64,000 bases of DNA from an uncultured Alphaproteobacteria bacterium (GTDB lineage: Bacteria; Pseudomonadota; Alphaproteobacteria; CAAHEQ01; UBA3637). The notes beneath the pieces were generated by a model. That model made no database searches. It saw only the letters and a list, made by a program, of their open reading frames with translations, and was not told where the DNA came from. Where the stretch lies: the NCBI GenBank assembly GCA_934216505.1, contig CAKQBW010000003.1, positions 7,084 to 71,083 on the forward strand, in the 5' to 3' direction. Position numbers and translations under genes: made by a program. This document shows positions 18,334 through 28,082 of this stretch, one piece after another (position 1 is the first letter of the stretch; every line of letters starts with the position of its first letter).

Positions 18334-19899
18334 TTAAGGGGAAAAAGTTCGTTCATCCTTACAAAGACGAACAACCTGTATTTTCTTTCTTTTTTCTAAA
18401 AAAGATTGAACCTTAATTCGGCCTGTACTGTTTTTTATTTTTTGTGATTTTTTTATCAAAGAGTCAAGAATGTTTTTATGTTGGGTGGGAGATAATCGGG
18501 CCCATTTCATTTGTTGATACAGATGAGGCAAATCTTCGGCTTGGGCGTCAAGCAAAACGTCTATTAAATCTTTGGGGAGCATGTACTGTGTCAAAAGATT
18601 GACCATCGGCCAATCTTTGCGTTTCAACGCCTTGAGCGCCTCTTCTTTTTTTTCTGTATCAGAAATTTTTCCCCGCACATGTTTTAAAAGGGTTCTAAAA
18701 GAAGTATAGTTCCCCGATTTATGGGCAACCTCTTTGATGCGTTGATAAAAGTAGGTGCCGTCCTCCATCTTTTGTAGGTAAAAGTTGGATTCTCCAGAAA
18801 GACCCTCCAAAGAATACTTGGCTAATAAATCCAACAAAGATTTATTTTCTTTATTTTCTTTTTTTATTTTTAAATTTAACCGTCGTCCTTCGTTTAGGTT
18901 TTTAGCAACAAAAGTGGGATTTATTTTTTTCATGATTTCTTTTAAAGAGTCCGTGTCTTCTGGGTGAGATACAAAATGTTGGAAGACATTTCGGATAAAT
19001 TGAAATCCCTCTTCATTCTCACGTATTTCAGGATCAGAAGAAAGAAATTTTTTTTGTCCTGCCACTAAATGAAGTATTTGAGAATGTTCATCATATTCTT
19101 GCCCGTTTGTCAGGGGGGTAGCAATTTCCTTAAATACACCTATGATTTCATTTTCTGTTATCGGTAGGAAAGCCATCCGAGAATCCATTTTTTGATGATG
19201 CAACATTTTATAAAAATTATCATCTGCGACCGTTCCCCGATCTACATATCTTTCATCGGCCAAGGAAACGATATGGAAGTGTTTAGCCCCCGTCCCTTTC
19301 CCAAAAGGTTTACGGGAAGCCAAATGGAGCATTCTTAAATTGGACATCACCAGTTTTTCAGAACCAGGGTAAAATTGTTTGATCTTTTCGTATAACAGAT
19401 TTTCTATTTGTTGAGCAAACATACTGCCATGACAATGACTGGCAATGGTGATGTTTTGCAGGTTTTTGATGACTTCCTTTATGGGCCGAGATTTTCCTAA
19501 ATTTTCTTGAATCAAAGGCAGAATATAGGTATCAAAAAAAGGTTGCCAATAGGCGGGAAATTGTTTGGGTTTTTCTAATCCATAACGAGTGAGTCCCTCT
19601 TGTTCCAATAATTGACGGCGATGAGAAATCGTGTCTGTGTCAAATCCTAAACTATATACATGTGGTTTTTCTTTTAAAGGGAAAGGCACATTTTTTAACA
19701 TGATTTCAATCAATTTACAGCATGCATTCATTTCATCATCATGACTCACACCATCACCTGGAAAAAAAAGGATACTCTTATGCCCCAAAAGGGAATCATT
19801 TGTTTGCATACCCTTATGAAAAGTATAAATTTCCTTCCACCCTTTAGGGAAAAGTGATGTTTTAGGAACTCGTTCGCCAAACTTTAAAATGCTGTCCAT
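18334..19899 (-). CDS. Orphan 521-aa protein; possible hydrolase fold with a Cys nucleophile elbow
   Basis: No family recognised. The segment ITIASHCHGSMFA resembles a [small]-x-Nuc-x-G elbow with Cys as the nucleophile. The C-terminal half is helical and Lys/Glu-rich. Confidence 0.4.
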   Translation of the reverse strand: MDSILKFGERVPKTSLFPKGWKEIYTFHKGMQTNDSLLGHKSILFFPGDGVSHDDEMNACCKLIEIMLKNVPFPLKEKPHVYSLGFDTDTISHRRQLLEQEGLTRYGLEKPKQFPAYWQPFFDTYILPLIQENLGKSRPIKEVIKNLQNITIASHCHGSMFAQQIENLLYEKIKQFYPGSEKLVMSNLRMLHLASRKPFGKGTGAKHFHIVSLADERYVDRGTVADDNFYKMLHHQKMDSRMAFLPITENEIIGVFKEIATPLTNGQEYDEHSQILHLVAGQKKFLSSDPEIRENEEGFQFIRNVFQHFVSHPEDTDSLKEIMKKINPTFVAKNLNEGRRLNLKIKKENKENKSLLDLLAKYSLEGLSGESNFYLQKMEDGTYFYQRIKEVAHKSGNYTSFRTLLKHVRGKISDTEKKEEALKALKRKDWPMVNLLTQYMLPKDLIDVLLDAQAEDLPHLYQQMKWARLSPTQHKNILDSLIKKSQKIKNSTGRIKVQSFLEKRKKIQVVRLCKDERTFSP

Positions 19900-20056
19900 T
19901 TTTTTCCTTTTTCTATTTTTATATAGGGTACATCAGATTAGCCAATGAGTCAAGGAAAAACGCATTTCTTTTGGTCTTTTTAAAAGGGCCTAAAGAATCC
20001 TTGACTTTTATCCGAAGTTATGGTTGAATGACAAAAAAGCGCAATGGAGGTAGAAA

Positions 20057-21028
20057 ATGGCTTTAGATTTTACATTATTAACACGTGACCAAATTTGGGG
20101 CGAAAAAGCTTTAGAAGTTATCAAAAAATATGGCTCAAAAGTGGCACCTACTGATTTATCTGTTTTATTAGGTGGCCAGATAGGTGGCTATACCCCCAGC
20201 GAAAAAACAAGCGAAGGAGAATTAGCCTGTGATACTTGGACCGCTTCTTTTCATCGGGGATTTCGTTCTAAGTTAGAAGTTTGTGCCTGTGATGCAGACG
20301 GACTTGCCTCTGAACAATTTGAATTTGTCCGGCGGGATTTGGCGGTGCGCCCCGTTTTACCCCCCTCAGAAACAGCAAAACTCACCCCCACTGTCCGCCG
20401 AAAAGGAATCAATGGCGTGGATATTGTTGAATTTGGCGAATACCCTCAAACAATCATGGATGAAAAAACAGGGAAAGAATTAGACGAATTGCATGCCTCA
20501 GGGGCTTTGTCTCCAACTGGAAAAACTTATACTTTTGATGACATTGACCCCAAAAATTGCACTGAAAAATTTCGCTCATGGGGTGGTTGTAAAGAATATG
20601 CGCACAACGGGAAAAAATACATTCGGCTTAATGGGCATCCCGCAGACAATGACAGCCAATTATCGTCAGGGGAAAAAGCGCAAACAAAACCTTATTGGAT
20701 ACAGGTAGAACCAATTGAATGGTTGCAAGACAAGGACGGGACTTGGGTCAGTAAAAAATGTTTGTTTTCTGGGGTTCAATTTGATACAGAGGGGGCCTAT
20801 AATTTGGATGTTTTTGAAGACTTTGAAAAGACTTTCATGAAGCGGTATTTAAAGACCTATTTTTCCAAAGAAATCGTGCCCTCTCACCTAAAAGAAAAAA
20901 GTCAGGAAGTTGAAAAAACGACGTCTCAAAAACTAACAGATCTTTTATCGTCAAAGTCCAAAACTTTGGAAAAAAAGAAATCCCCTTTGGCCACTCAACT
21001 GAAGGCTCAGAAACAAAAAAGTTTATGA
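20057..21028 (+). CDS. Hypothetical protein
   Basis: Intact 323-aa ORF with an upstream GGAGG Shine-Dalgarno sequence, a Lys/Ser-rich tail and a downstream terminator. No family recognised. Confidence 0.45.
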   Translation: MALDFTLLTRDQIWGEKALEVIKKYGSKVAPTDLSVLLGGQIGGYTPSEKTSEGELACDTWTASFHRGFRSKLEVCACDADGLASEQFEFVRRDLAVRPVLPPSETAKLTPTVRRKGINGVDIVEFGEYPQTIMDEKTGKELDELHASGALSPTGKTYTFDDIDPKNCTEKFRSWGGCKEYAHNGKKYIRLNGHPADNDSQLSSGEKAQTKPYWIQVEPIEWLQDKDGTWVSKKCLFSGVQFDTEGAYNLDVFEDFEKTFMKRYLKTYFSKEIVPSHLKEKSQEVEKTTSQKLTDLLSSKSKTLEKKKSPLATQLKAQKQKSL

Positions 21029-21087
21029 TTTTATAAAAAGAGGGGGCCGAGAGGCGTCCGTATCAGCCCTAGATTGGAAGAAAAATT

Positions 21088-21121
21088 CCCCGAAACAATG
21101 GCTTGATTTTCGGGGGATTTT
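21088..21121 (+). terminator. Rho-independent terminator
   Basis: CCCCGAAA (21088-21095) pairs with TTTCGGGG (21108-21115), followed by ATTTT. Confidence 0.55.
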
Positions 21122-21164
21122 GTGCTACCATTCGTCTAATTTTAATCAGAGAGGAAGGATCAAA

Positions 21165-24100
21165 ATGTCCCCCAAAGTTTCCGTTATTGTTCCCGTTTAT
21201 AATGTCGCCCCTTACTTGGGACAATGTTTAGATACTATTTTATTACAAACGCTGTCAGACATAGAGGTTATCTGTGTAGATGACGGTTCCACGGATGGGA
21301 GTTTAGATATCCTAAAAACCTATACGATGTTTGATGATCGGTTAAAAGTCATTCAACAAGAAAATGCAGGGGCGGCTGCGGCCCGTAATCGGGGATTAAA
21401 AGAGGCCACAGGAGAGTTTATATCTGTGTTGGATAGTGATGATTTTTTCCATCCTGAAATGTTGGAAAAAATGGTTCAAAAAGCCGAAGAGGAAAACAGC
21501 GATGTGGTGGTATGTGGCTATACAACCTTTGATAACAAAACACAAACCGAGACGGGGGAACAGAAAGTTGAGGAAAAATATCTTGTTCAATCTCCCTTAA
21601 GCAGAAATGATTTTCACGAGGACTTATTTACTTTCACGAGTGGGGGGGCGGCCTGGGATAAACTGATTCGGCATGATTTAATTAAAAAATACAAAATCAA
21701 CTTTGATGAAAGGGTTCGTTATTGTGATGATTTGATGTTTTCGTGTTGTGTTTTAGGAAGTGCGACAAAAATTAGTGTTTTACCCGATACTTTCATTCAT
21801 TATCGGATTAACACCAAGACGCAACAATCGGCATCAAAACCTGACACGATTATGGCCGATCATTGTCTGACTTTATCTTTGGCTTATGAAAAGTTAAAAA
21901 AATTAGACTTACCCTATGATTTGATGCGGGTCTTTTCTAAAAAATTACCCCACTCGTTTGATTGGAGTTTGACAAACCTAGGCAACGACAAAAAACGAAT
22001 GGCCTTGACTTCTATTCGTTCCCACCTGAATCCAAATCTTTATCAGGCTTTATTTGGCACAAAAGGACCTGTTCTTTCTTTGATTGTTTGCGCCTATAAT
22101 GCGGGGGAATTTTTAAATGAATGTTTGGACAGTTGTTTAAATCAGACCCTGAAAGAAATTGAAATCATTTGTGTTGATGATGGATCATCGGATAATACTT
22201 TGGCCATCATGGAAAGTTATGCCCGCCAAGATCATCGCTTTAAGGTTATCCATCAAGAAAATCAAGGGCTTCCTGTGGCCCGCCAAAATGCCATGAAAAT
22301 AGCCAAAGGGCAATATATCCAATTTTTGGATGCCGATGATTATTTGGACCTTGATACCACAGAATGCTTATTTCTTTACGCCCAAATTTATCACTTGGAT
22401 ATGCTGTCTTTTGCGGCCATAGAATTTAAAAACGATAGCCGGATAGAATTTGAAGATCCGTATCATATTTTACGGTGGCTACCCGAAAAATTTATGCCTG
22501 TTTTCACCTATTCCGACATCGGTAATGTTCTGACACGGGTTGCCGTTACCTCTGCCTTAACTTTGTATCGGCGGGCTTATTTATTGGAAAACGACATTCA
22601 CTGGGTCAATAAAAAAGTCGCCTATGAGGACACCCCCTTCTTTATTGAAAGCCTTTTAAAGGGAGCACGTATGGGCGCCCTGCCCCTTCGCTTTTACCAC
22701 AGACGTGTTCATGAAGCCGCTATTACCCAAAATATGAAAACAAATTTCCCCGACTATTGTTGGATTTGTCAATATACTTTACGCAAGATTTATGAAATCC
22801 AAGGAAATACGGATATTTTTATCCACTACCTGTATGGCTTTATGAACAAAATATACATGAATTATGAAAAACTGGACAGCGATATTCAACAAAAAATGCT
22901 GCCTGCTTTGTTCAGATTTAATTTACATATTTTAAAGAAATATCGTTTGCCTTTAACGGTGGGCATGAAGACATTATCTGAAGATTACTTACAAAACAAA
23001 AAAATCACTCAAAAAATTCCTTTTTTCTTTTTGAATTTAATGACAATCTGGCGACAATCAGGATACACAATCAATCCTTTTCGCCTTTCTTTTTCCCCTT
23101 TCGCTTTAAGTGTGTTTGGCAAAACGGTGTTTTTTAAAAAGACCCAGCCGCTTCCCAAAATTCACCCCAAACGTCTGCCCGAAAAAGAATGTTTTATTTT
23201 GTGCTTTGATAACTTACATGACGGTTTAACCGAATGTATTGATGCCTATACCTTTTTCCAATACCTGCAAGAAAAAGGTATCCCTTCAAAATATGTCGTT
23301 CATCCCCAAAATCCTTTGGCTTTAAAAATACGTCATAACCCCGATATTATTTTGTCAGATAATAAAAACTTCTTTGTGCGGTGTGCGCCCATTTTGGCCC
23401 AATCAAGGTATGTTCTTACCAGTTTCGGTTTATACCAAGCCAATCGCTCTTTAAAAAAATTACCTTGGCTTAAATACATCCTGATTGACCACGGGGTAGA
23501 ATACTTGAAAAAAGCCTTTTATTCCGAAAAAGATTTTGATTATCGTTTAACGGGTTTTATTCCCAGCCATTCCCTTTTCCAAAAGAAAGGCTTATGGAAG
23601 GGCAAACAAATCAATGTCGGGCTCCCCCGTTGGTCGCATCTTAAAAAAATACCGCATTCAGAAAAACAAATTTTTGTTTTCTTTACTTGGCGTAAAAGTA
23701 ATGAGTCCCTTTTTCAAAAAAGAATTTTTTCATTTTTAACCTGTGAAAAACTTCAATCCCTTTTAAAAGAAAATAACATTACTTTAAATGTGGGCATTCA
23801 TCATGAATCATTGGTAAAAAATAACCTGATGGATTTTAAGGGCTTTGACAATATCCATGTTGTCCAAGGGGCTTACTTCCCCTATATTGGCAAAACGGAT
23901 TTAATGATGACTGATTATTCTTCTTTGGCTTTTGATTTTATGTTTTTGGATATTCCTGTCCTGTTTTATCGGCCGGACAAAGATATCCCCTACACGGATA
24001 CACGAGATCGGAGGGATATGAAATGCGCCCAATCTCGTGATAAAGAATTGTATAATGTCTTTTACGAGGAAAACGCTGTCATCAACAAAATAGCGTTTTA

Positions 24101-24212
24101 TATTCAAAATCATTTCGTTTTGGAGCCTGAGTATAAAAAAATCAATGATTCTTTCTTTTGGGAAAAGAAAGATATTTGCAATCACCTTTATGAACAAATA
24201 AAGGCCCTCTGA
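21165..24212 (+). CDS. Three-domain glycopolymer synthase: GT2 + GT2 + CDP-glycerol glycerophosphotransferase (TagF/TagB-like)
   Basis: Two copies of the GT2 signature (VSVIVPVYNV...CVDDGSTDGS...DSDD and LSLIVCAYNA...CVDDGSSDNT...DADD). The C-terminus MMTDYSSLAFDFMFLDIPVLFYRPD is typical of TagF-family enzymes. The ATG at 21165 has a GAGGAAGG Shine-Dalgarno sequence. Confidence 0.8.
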   Translation: MSPKVSVIVPVYNVAPYLGQCLDTILLQTLSDIEVICVDDGSTDGSLDILKTYTMFDDRLKVIQQENAGAAAARNRGLKEATGEFISVLDSDDFFHPEMLEKMVQKAEEENSDVVVCGYTTFDNKTQTETGEQKVEEKYLVQSPLSRNDFHEDLFTFTSGGAAWDKLIRHDLIKKYKINFDERVRYCDDLMFSCCVLGSATKISVLPDTFIHYRINTKTQQSASKPDTIMADHCLTLSLAYEKLKKLDLPYDLMRVFSKKLPHSFDWSLTNLGNDKKRMALTSIRSHLNPNLYQALFGTKGPVLSLIVCAYNAGEFLNECLDSCLNQTLKEIEIICVDDGSSDNTLAIMESYARQDHRFKVIHQENQGLPVARQNAMKIAKGQYIQFLDADDYLDLDTTECLFLYAQIYHLDMLSFAAIEFKNDSRIEFEDPYHILRWLPEKFMPVFTYSDIGNVLTRVAVTSALTLYRRAYLLENDIHWVNKKVAYEDTPFFIESLLKGARMGALPLRFYHRRVHEAAITQNMKTNFPDYCWICQYTLRKIYEIQGNTDIFIHYLYGFMNKIYMNYEKLDSDIQQKMLPALFRFNLHILKKYRLPLTVGMKTLSEDYLQNKKITQKIPFFFLNLMTIWRQSGYTINPFRLSFSPFALSVFGKTVFFKKTQPLPKIHPKRLPEKECFILCFDNLHDGLTECIDAYTFFQYLQEKGIPSKYVVHPQNPLALKIRHNPDIILSDNKNFFVRCAPILAQSRYVLTSFGLYQANRSLKKLPWLKYILIDHGVEYLKKAFYSEKDFDYRLTGFIPSHSLFQKKGLWKGKQINVGLPRWSHLKKIPHSEKQIFVFFTWRKSNESLFQKRIFSFLTCEKLQSLLKENNITLNVGIHHESLVKNNLMDFKGFDNIHVVQGAYFPYIGKTDLMMTDYSSLAFDFMFLDIPVLFYRPDKDIPYTDTRDRRDMKCAQSRDKELYNVFYEENAVINKIAFYIQNHFVLEPEYKKINDSFFWEKKDICNHLYEQIKAL

Positions 24213-24216
24213 TAAA

Positions 24217-24248
24217 AAAGGCCCGCTCAAAAGAGGGGCCTTTGTTTT
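24217..24248 (+). terminator. Rho-independent terminator
   Basis: AAAGGCCC pairs with GGGCCTTT around a loop, followed by GTTTTT. It sits directly after the stop of the glycosyltransferase gene. Confidence 0.6.
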
Positions 24249-24324
24249 TGGTAGCGAAGGAGGGGATCGAACCCCCGACACATGGATTATGATTCCACCG
24301 CTCTACCAACTGAGCTACTTCGCC
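24249..24324 (-). tRNA. tRNA with CAT anticodon (elongator Met, or Ile2 if lysidine-modified)
   Basis: The reverse complement folds as GGCGAAG-TA-GCTCAGTTGGTAGAGC...GTGGA-ATCATAA-TCCAT...GGTTCGATCC...CTTCGCT-A-CCA. It is 76 nt long. Confidence 0.88.
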
Positions 24325-24437
24325 AAAAGTTGTCTTATCATACCCCATTTCAAATGAATTGTCAATAAAAAACTTGCTTTTTTGTGAAAAATATGCTAAT
24401 TTCGTTTCATAAATCAATTTAATTTCAGGAGGCAAAA

Positions 24438-25136
24438 ATGGCCGAAGTTTTTTTTCAAGGACCCTTTGGACGCATTGAAGGGCGCTTTTTTCGTTCCGAA
24501 AATCCCAAAGCCCCATTCGTCTTAATTCTCCCCCCGAATCCTATTCAGGGAAATAATATGAATAACAAAGTAACCTATGCCATTTTTCAGGCGTTCGTCA
24601 ATTTGGGCTTTTCTGTTTTGCGCATCAATTACCACGGTGTCGGACGGTCGCAAGGAAATCCCGATGGGTCGGGCGCAGGCGAATTGTTGGACGCCATTGC
24701 CGCTTTAGATTGGTTGCAATCCCAAGATGACGAATCCAATAAATGTTGGATTGCGGGGTATTCTTTTGGTTCGTGGGTGGCGGCTCAGGTGTTAATGCGC
24801 CGTCCCGAAATTCAAGGGTTTGTTTTTGCGACCCCGCCCACCAATGTGTATGACTTTAACTTTTTATCCCCCTGCCCTTCATCGGGAGTCATTGTCCAAG
24901 GGGGTGCCGACAGTGTGGTTGATGAAAAAACGGTGGCTTATTTAGCGGAGCAATTGGACACCACCGAAAATATCAACATTGACTATCGCCTGTTAAAAGG
25001 CGTAGATCATTTTTACACAAATGCCTTAAAACCTTTACACGATTCTATTGTTCAGGCGATTCCTGATTTAAAGTTGAAAAAGATGAAGTTGGGGAAAAAA
25101 TTTGCCAAAGCCATTATCCCCAATGATGATTATTAG
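24438..25136 (+). CDS. Alpha/beta-fold hydrolase (COG2945-like)
   Basis: Nucleophile elbow AGYSFGS and the later motif GGADSVVD. Confidence 0.75.
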   Translation: MAEVFFQGPFGRIEGRFFRSENPKAPFVLILPPNPIQGNNMNNKVTYAIFQAFVNLGFSVLRINYHGVGRSQGNPDGSGAGELLDAIAALDWLQSQDDESNKCWIAGYSFGSWVAAQVLMRRPEIQGFVFATPPTNVYDFNFLSPCPSSGVIVQGGADSVVDEKTVAYLAEQLDTTENINIDYRLLKGVDHFYTNALKPLHDSIVQAIPDLKLKKMKLGKKFAKAIIPNDDY

Positions 25137-25185
25137 GAAAAATCTCAAGGAACGTTGATAACATTTGATCATATAAGGAGTTTTC

Positions 25186-26151
25186 ATGACAAATTTCGCA
25201 AGTATCTCTGTTATTGGTTGTGGGCGTTGGGGTGGCTTTTTGGGGTATTATTGCGCCAAATACCTGAAATCTGATGTCTTATTTTTGGGGGTTCCCCAAG
25301 ACCCTGCCTATCAATCTTTGGTCAAATCAGGCAACAACGGCTATTGTCAAATGCCACCGAATGTGCGCCTGACAACCGACATGGGAGAATGTTTGAAAAA
25401 CGACTTTATTATCGTTTCCATTGGATGTCAAGGCTTTCGGGGATTGTGTCGTCAGATGGCTTCCTATGATTTAAAAAACAAAACTTTTTTGTTGGCCATG
25501 AAGGGATTGGAGGAAAAAACAAGCACGCGTATGAGTCAAGTTTTCCATCAAGAAATTCACGAACCAACCGCTCAAGTGGCTTGTTTAATGGGGCCAGGTC
25601 ATGTTCAAGATTATTTACAGGAAATCCCCAGTTGTGTCGTCATTGATTCCGAAAAAGAACAAACGACCAAAAAAATTGCCCAGTATCTGAACAGTTCTTT
25701 GATTCGTACTTACTATGGGACCGACTTAATTGGAAATGAAGTCGGGGCCGCCATGAAGAATGTCATTGGCTTAGCGGCGGGCATTTTAGATGGTCTTTCT
25801 TGGTCGGGATTAAAAGGGGCCTTAATGGCACGGGCCCCCGTGGAAGTCGGTCGCTTGATTCAATACTTTGGGGGAAATCCCAAATCTGCCTTTGGGTTAG
25901 CACATTTAGGGGATTATGAGGCGACTTTATTTTCCCCGCATAGCCACAACCGTGCCTATGGGGAAAGTTTGGTCAAAGGACCTTTGTTTGACAAATTGGC
26001 CGAAGGGGTCCCGACTTTAGCGGCCGTTTATGAATTACGGGATAAAGTAGATATGCCTATCTGTCAGGCCTTATACGAAGTCGTTTATAATCACAAAGAT
26101 CCACGCACAGAAATCAACCGACTTTTTGAACGCCCCAACAAAGCCGAATAA
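25186..26151 (+). CDS. Divergent NAD(P)H-dependent glycerol-3-phosphate dehydrogenase (GpsA-like)
   Basis: Rossmann motif VIGCGRWGG, GPGHV, and GNEVGAAMKNVIGLAAGILDG. It appears collinear with GpsA as I recall that sequence. Confidence 0.7.
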   Translation: MTNFASISVIGCGRWGGFLGYYCAKYLKSDVLFLGVPQDPAYQSLVKSGNNGYCQMPPNVRLTTDMGECLKNDFIIVSIGCQGFRGLCRQMASYDLKNKTFLLAMKGLEEKTSTRMSQVFHQEIHEPTAQVACLMGPGHVQDYLQEIPSCVVIDSEKEQTTKKIAQYLNSSLIRTYYGTDLIGNEVGAAMKNVIGLAAGILDGLSWSGLKGALMARAPVEVGRLIQYFGGNPKSAFGLAHLGDYEATLFSPHSHNRAYGESLVKGPLFDKLAEGVPTLAAVYELRDKVDMPICQALYEVVYNHKDPRTEINRLFERPNKAE

Positions 26152-26165
26152 TAAAGGATTTTTTA

Positions 26166-26993
26166 ATGAAAGACAAAATGATTCAAGTGGCCCTGTGTTA
26201 TGATTTTGATGGGACTTTGTCCCCCAAAGCCATGCAAGAGTATGGCTTTATGCGGGCCACGGGTCAGGAAGCCAACAAATTTTGGACGACTTCTAATACC
26301 ATGGCCAAAGACCAAAAAGCGGACAACATCTCGGCCTATATGCGTTTAATGTTGCAAGAATGCGCCCGCAAAAAAATTATCCCCACGCGGCAAACTTTTC
26401 ATCGTTTTGCCAAAGGAATTGAACTGTTTCAAGGGGTGGTCTCTTGGTTTAGACGCATCAACCGTTATGGTCTGAAAAAAGGTATTTTGGTCAAACATTA
26501 CATTATTTCTTCGGGATTAAAGGAAATTTTAGAGGGCACAGAAATCGCCAAAAACTTTACTCAGATTTTTGCTTCCTCGTTTATGTATGATGAATCTGGG
26601 GTGGCTGTGTGGCCTGCAATCGTGTTGAATTACACCAGTAAAACCCAATTTATCTTTCGCATCAACAAAGGGTGTGAGGATATTTCGGATAATGTGTCTA
26701 TCAACAACTTTGTCAAAAAATCAGACCGTCCTGTGCCCTTTGAACACATGATTTATTTCGGTGATGGCGAAACGGATATTCCCTGTATGAAAATGATTAA
26801 AGTGAATGGCGGGCATTCTGTGGCGGTCTTTAAACCCCATCAAAAAGACACCGCCCAAAAACTGATTCACGATGATCGGGTGAATATCGCTGTTCCCGCC
26901 GATTACAGAAAAAATTCAATGGCCGAAAAATATGTCTGTGCGGTCATTGATAAAATTGCCGCAGATATCAATTTACAAAAAATGGAGAAGTAA
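26166..26993 (+). CDS. HAD-superfamily hydrolase
   Basis: Motif I CYDFDGTLSP and motif IV FGDGETDIPCM. Confidence 0.7.
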   Translation: MKDKMIQVALCYDFDGTLSPKAMQEYGFMRATGQEANKFWTTSNTMAKDQKADNISAYMRLMLQECARKKIIPTRQTFHRFAKGIELFQGVVSWFRRINRYGLKKGILVKHYIISSGLKEILEGTEIAKNFTQIFASSFMYDESGVAVWPAIVLNYTSKTQFIFRINKGCEDISDNVSINNFVKKSDRPVPFEHMIYFGDGETDIPCMKMIKVNGGHSVAVFKPHQKDTAQKLIHDDRVNIAVPADYRKNSMAEKYVCAVIDKIAADINLQKMEK

Positions 26994-26994
26994 A

Positions 26995-27399
26995 ATGCAA
27001 GAAGAAAAAAGAAAAGTTGTTGTCAGTGCAGGTGTTATTTATCACCAAGGAAAAATCTTAATCGCTCAAAGGCGATTGGATAAATCGTTGGGTGGCTATT
27101 GGGAATTCCCCGGCGGAAAAATTGAATCAGGAGAAACAGGCGAACAGGCTTTGGCCCGTGAAATCAAAGAAGAATTTGACATTGATATTCAGGTGGAAAA
27201 ATTTTTAACAAAAACTTTTTATGAATATCCCACCTTTTGTTTGACAATGTTTGTTTATCAAGCCCGTTGGGATGGACAAGGGCAAATCAAAATTTGCGAC
27301 CATGAACAATATAAGTGGGCCGATTTATCCGAATTAAAAACAATGGATTTTCCCCCAGCGGATATTCCTGTCTTGGATTTTTTAACACACGCTGGCTAA
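26995..27399 (+). CDS. NUDIX hydrolase (MutT-like)
   Basis: Nudix box GGYWEFPGGKIESGETGEQALAREIKEE. The ATG at 26995 comes right after the upstream stop. Confidence 0.85.
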   Translation: MQEEKRKVVVSAGVIYHQGKILIAQRRLDKSLGGYWEFPGGKIESGETGEQALAREIKEEFDIDIQVEKFLTKTFYEYPTFCLTMFVYQARWDGQGQIKICDHEQYKWADLSELKTMDFPPADIPVLDFLTHAG

Positions 27400-27416
27400 A
27401 AAATCACTGGGGTATT

Positions 27417-28082
27417 TTATAAATACCTTTGGCGCAATTTTTTAATAACACGGCGGGAGATGTGATAGGCTTTTTTCAACTTCCACCCATTAAATTGGTT
27501 GGCGTGAATGGCCTCAATATATTCATTTTCTATTTCGTTTAAGGTTTGCGCCCGATCAAATGCATTCGGCAAACAAGAAGCGTTGATTGTCCTTTTCCCA
27601 AAATCAATGTAAGTTTTTGTGGAAGAAAGTCGCTGAGCGGCGGAAAAATGCTTTTTGGCCCTTGGCTTTCTGATACGATCAAATTCTTCCACCACATAAG
27701 TCAATTCCTTTTTATCTTGTAAGGCCTTCGCAGGCATGGTCTTTTGACAAAATAATTTTCCCAAAGTATAAAGGGCGATTAAATTTTCAAAATCAGCCCA
27801 ATTTTTTTGATGTTTATGAGAAATTTTATCCCAGCCCGTTTTCACTAAAGTATCAGGGACTAACACAGGTCTAACGGGAGCCTCCTCAAACGATAAATCA
27901 GGCAAAGAAGCCTCTTCCTTTTTTTCTATTTCTTGACGCTTGGCGGACAATAATCTGTCTAAACTTTCGGAATTTTGCTCTAACTGTGGATCTTCATCGG
28001 ATAAATCTTCTACTAAATCACGGGGAAAAACCGCATAAAAATCACGATGCATTTGAACTGAATCTTGCAGGGAAACTTTCAT
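27417..28082 (-). CDS. Hypothetical protein
   Basis: Intact 221-aa ORF with an acidic N-terminal half and a basic C-terminus. No family recognised. Confidence 0.4.
   Translation of the reverse strand: MKVSLQDSVQMHRDFYAVFPRDLVEDLSDEDPQLEQNSESLDRLLSAKRQEIEKKEEASLPDLSFEEAPVRPVLVPDTLVKTGWDKISHKHQKNWADFENLIALYTLGKLFCQKTMPAKALQDKKELTYVVEEFDRIRKPRAKKHFSAAQRLSSTKTYIDFGKRTINASCLPNAFDRAQTLNEIENEYIEAIHANQFNGWKLKKAYHISRRVIKKLRQRYL

Noticed and set aside
24142-24516. 124-aa minus-strand ORF spanning the tRNA(CAT) gene
   Set aside because: It reads straight through a well-folding tRNA and a terminator hairpin, and it overlaps the start of the hydrolase gene. It is an artefact.
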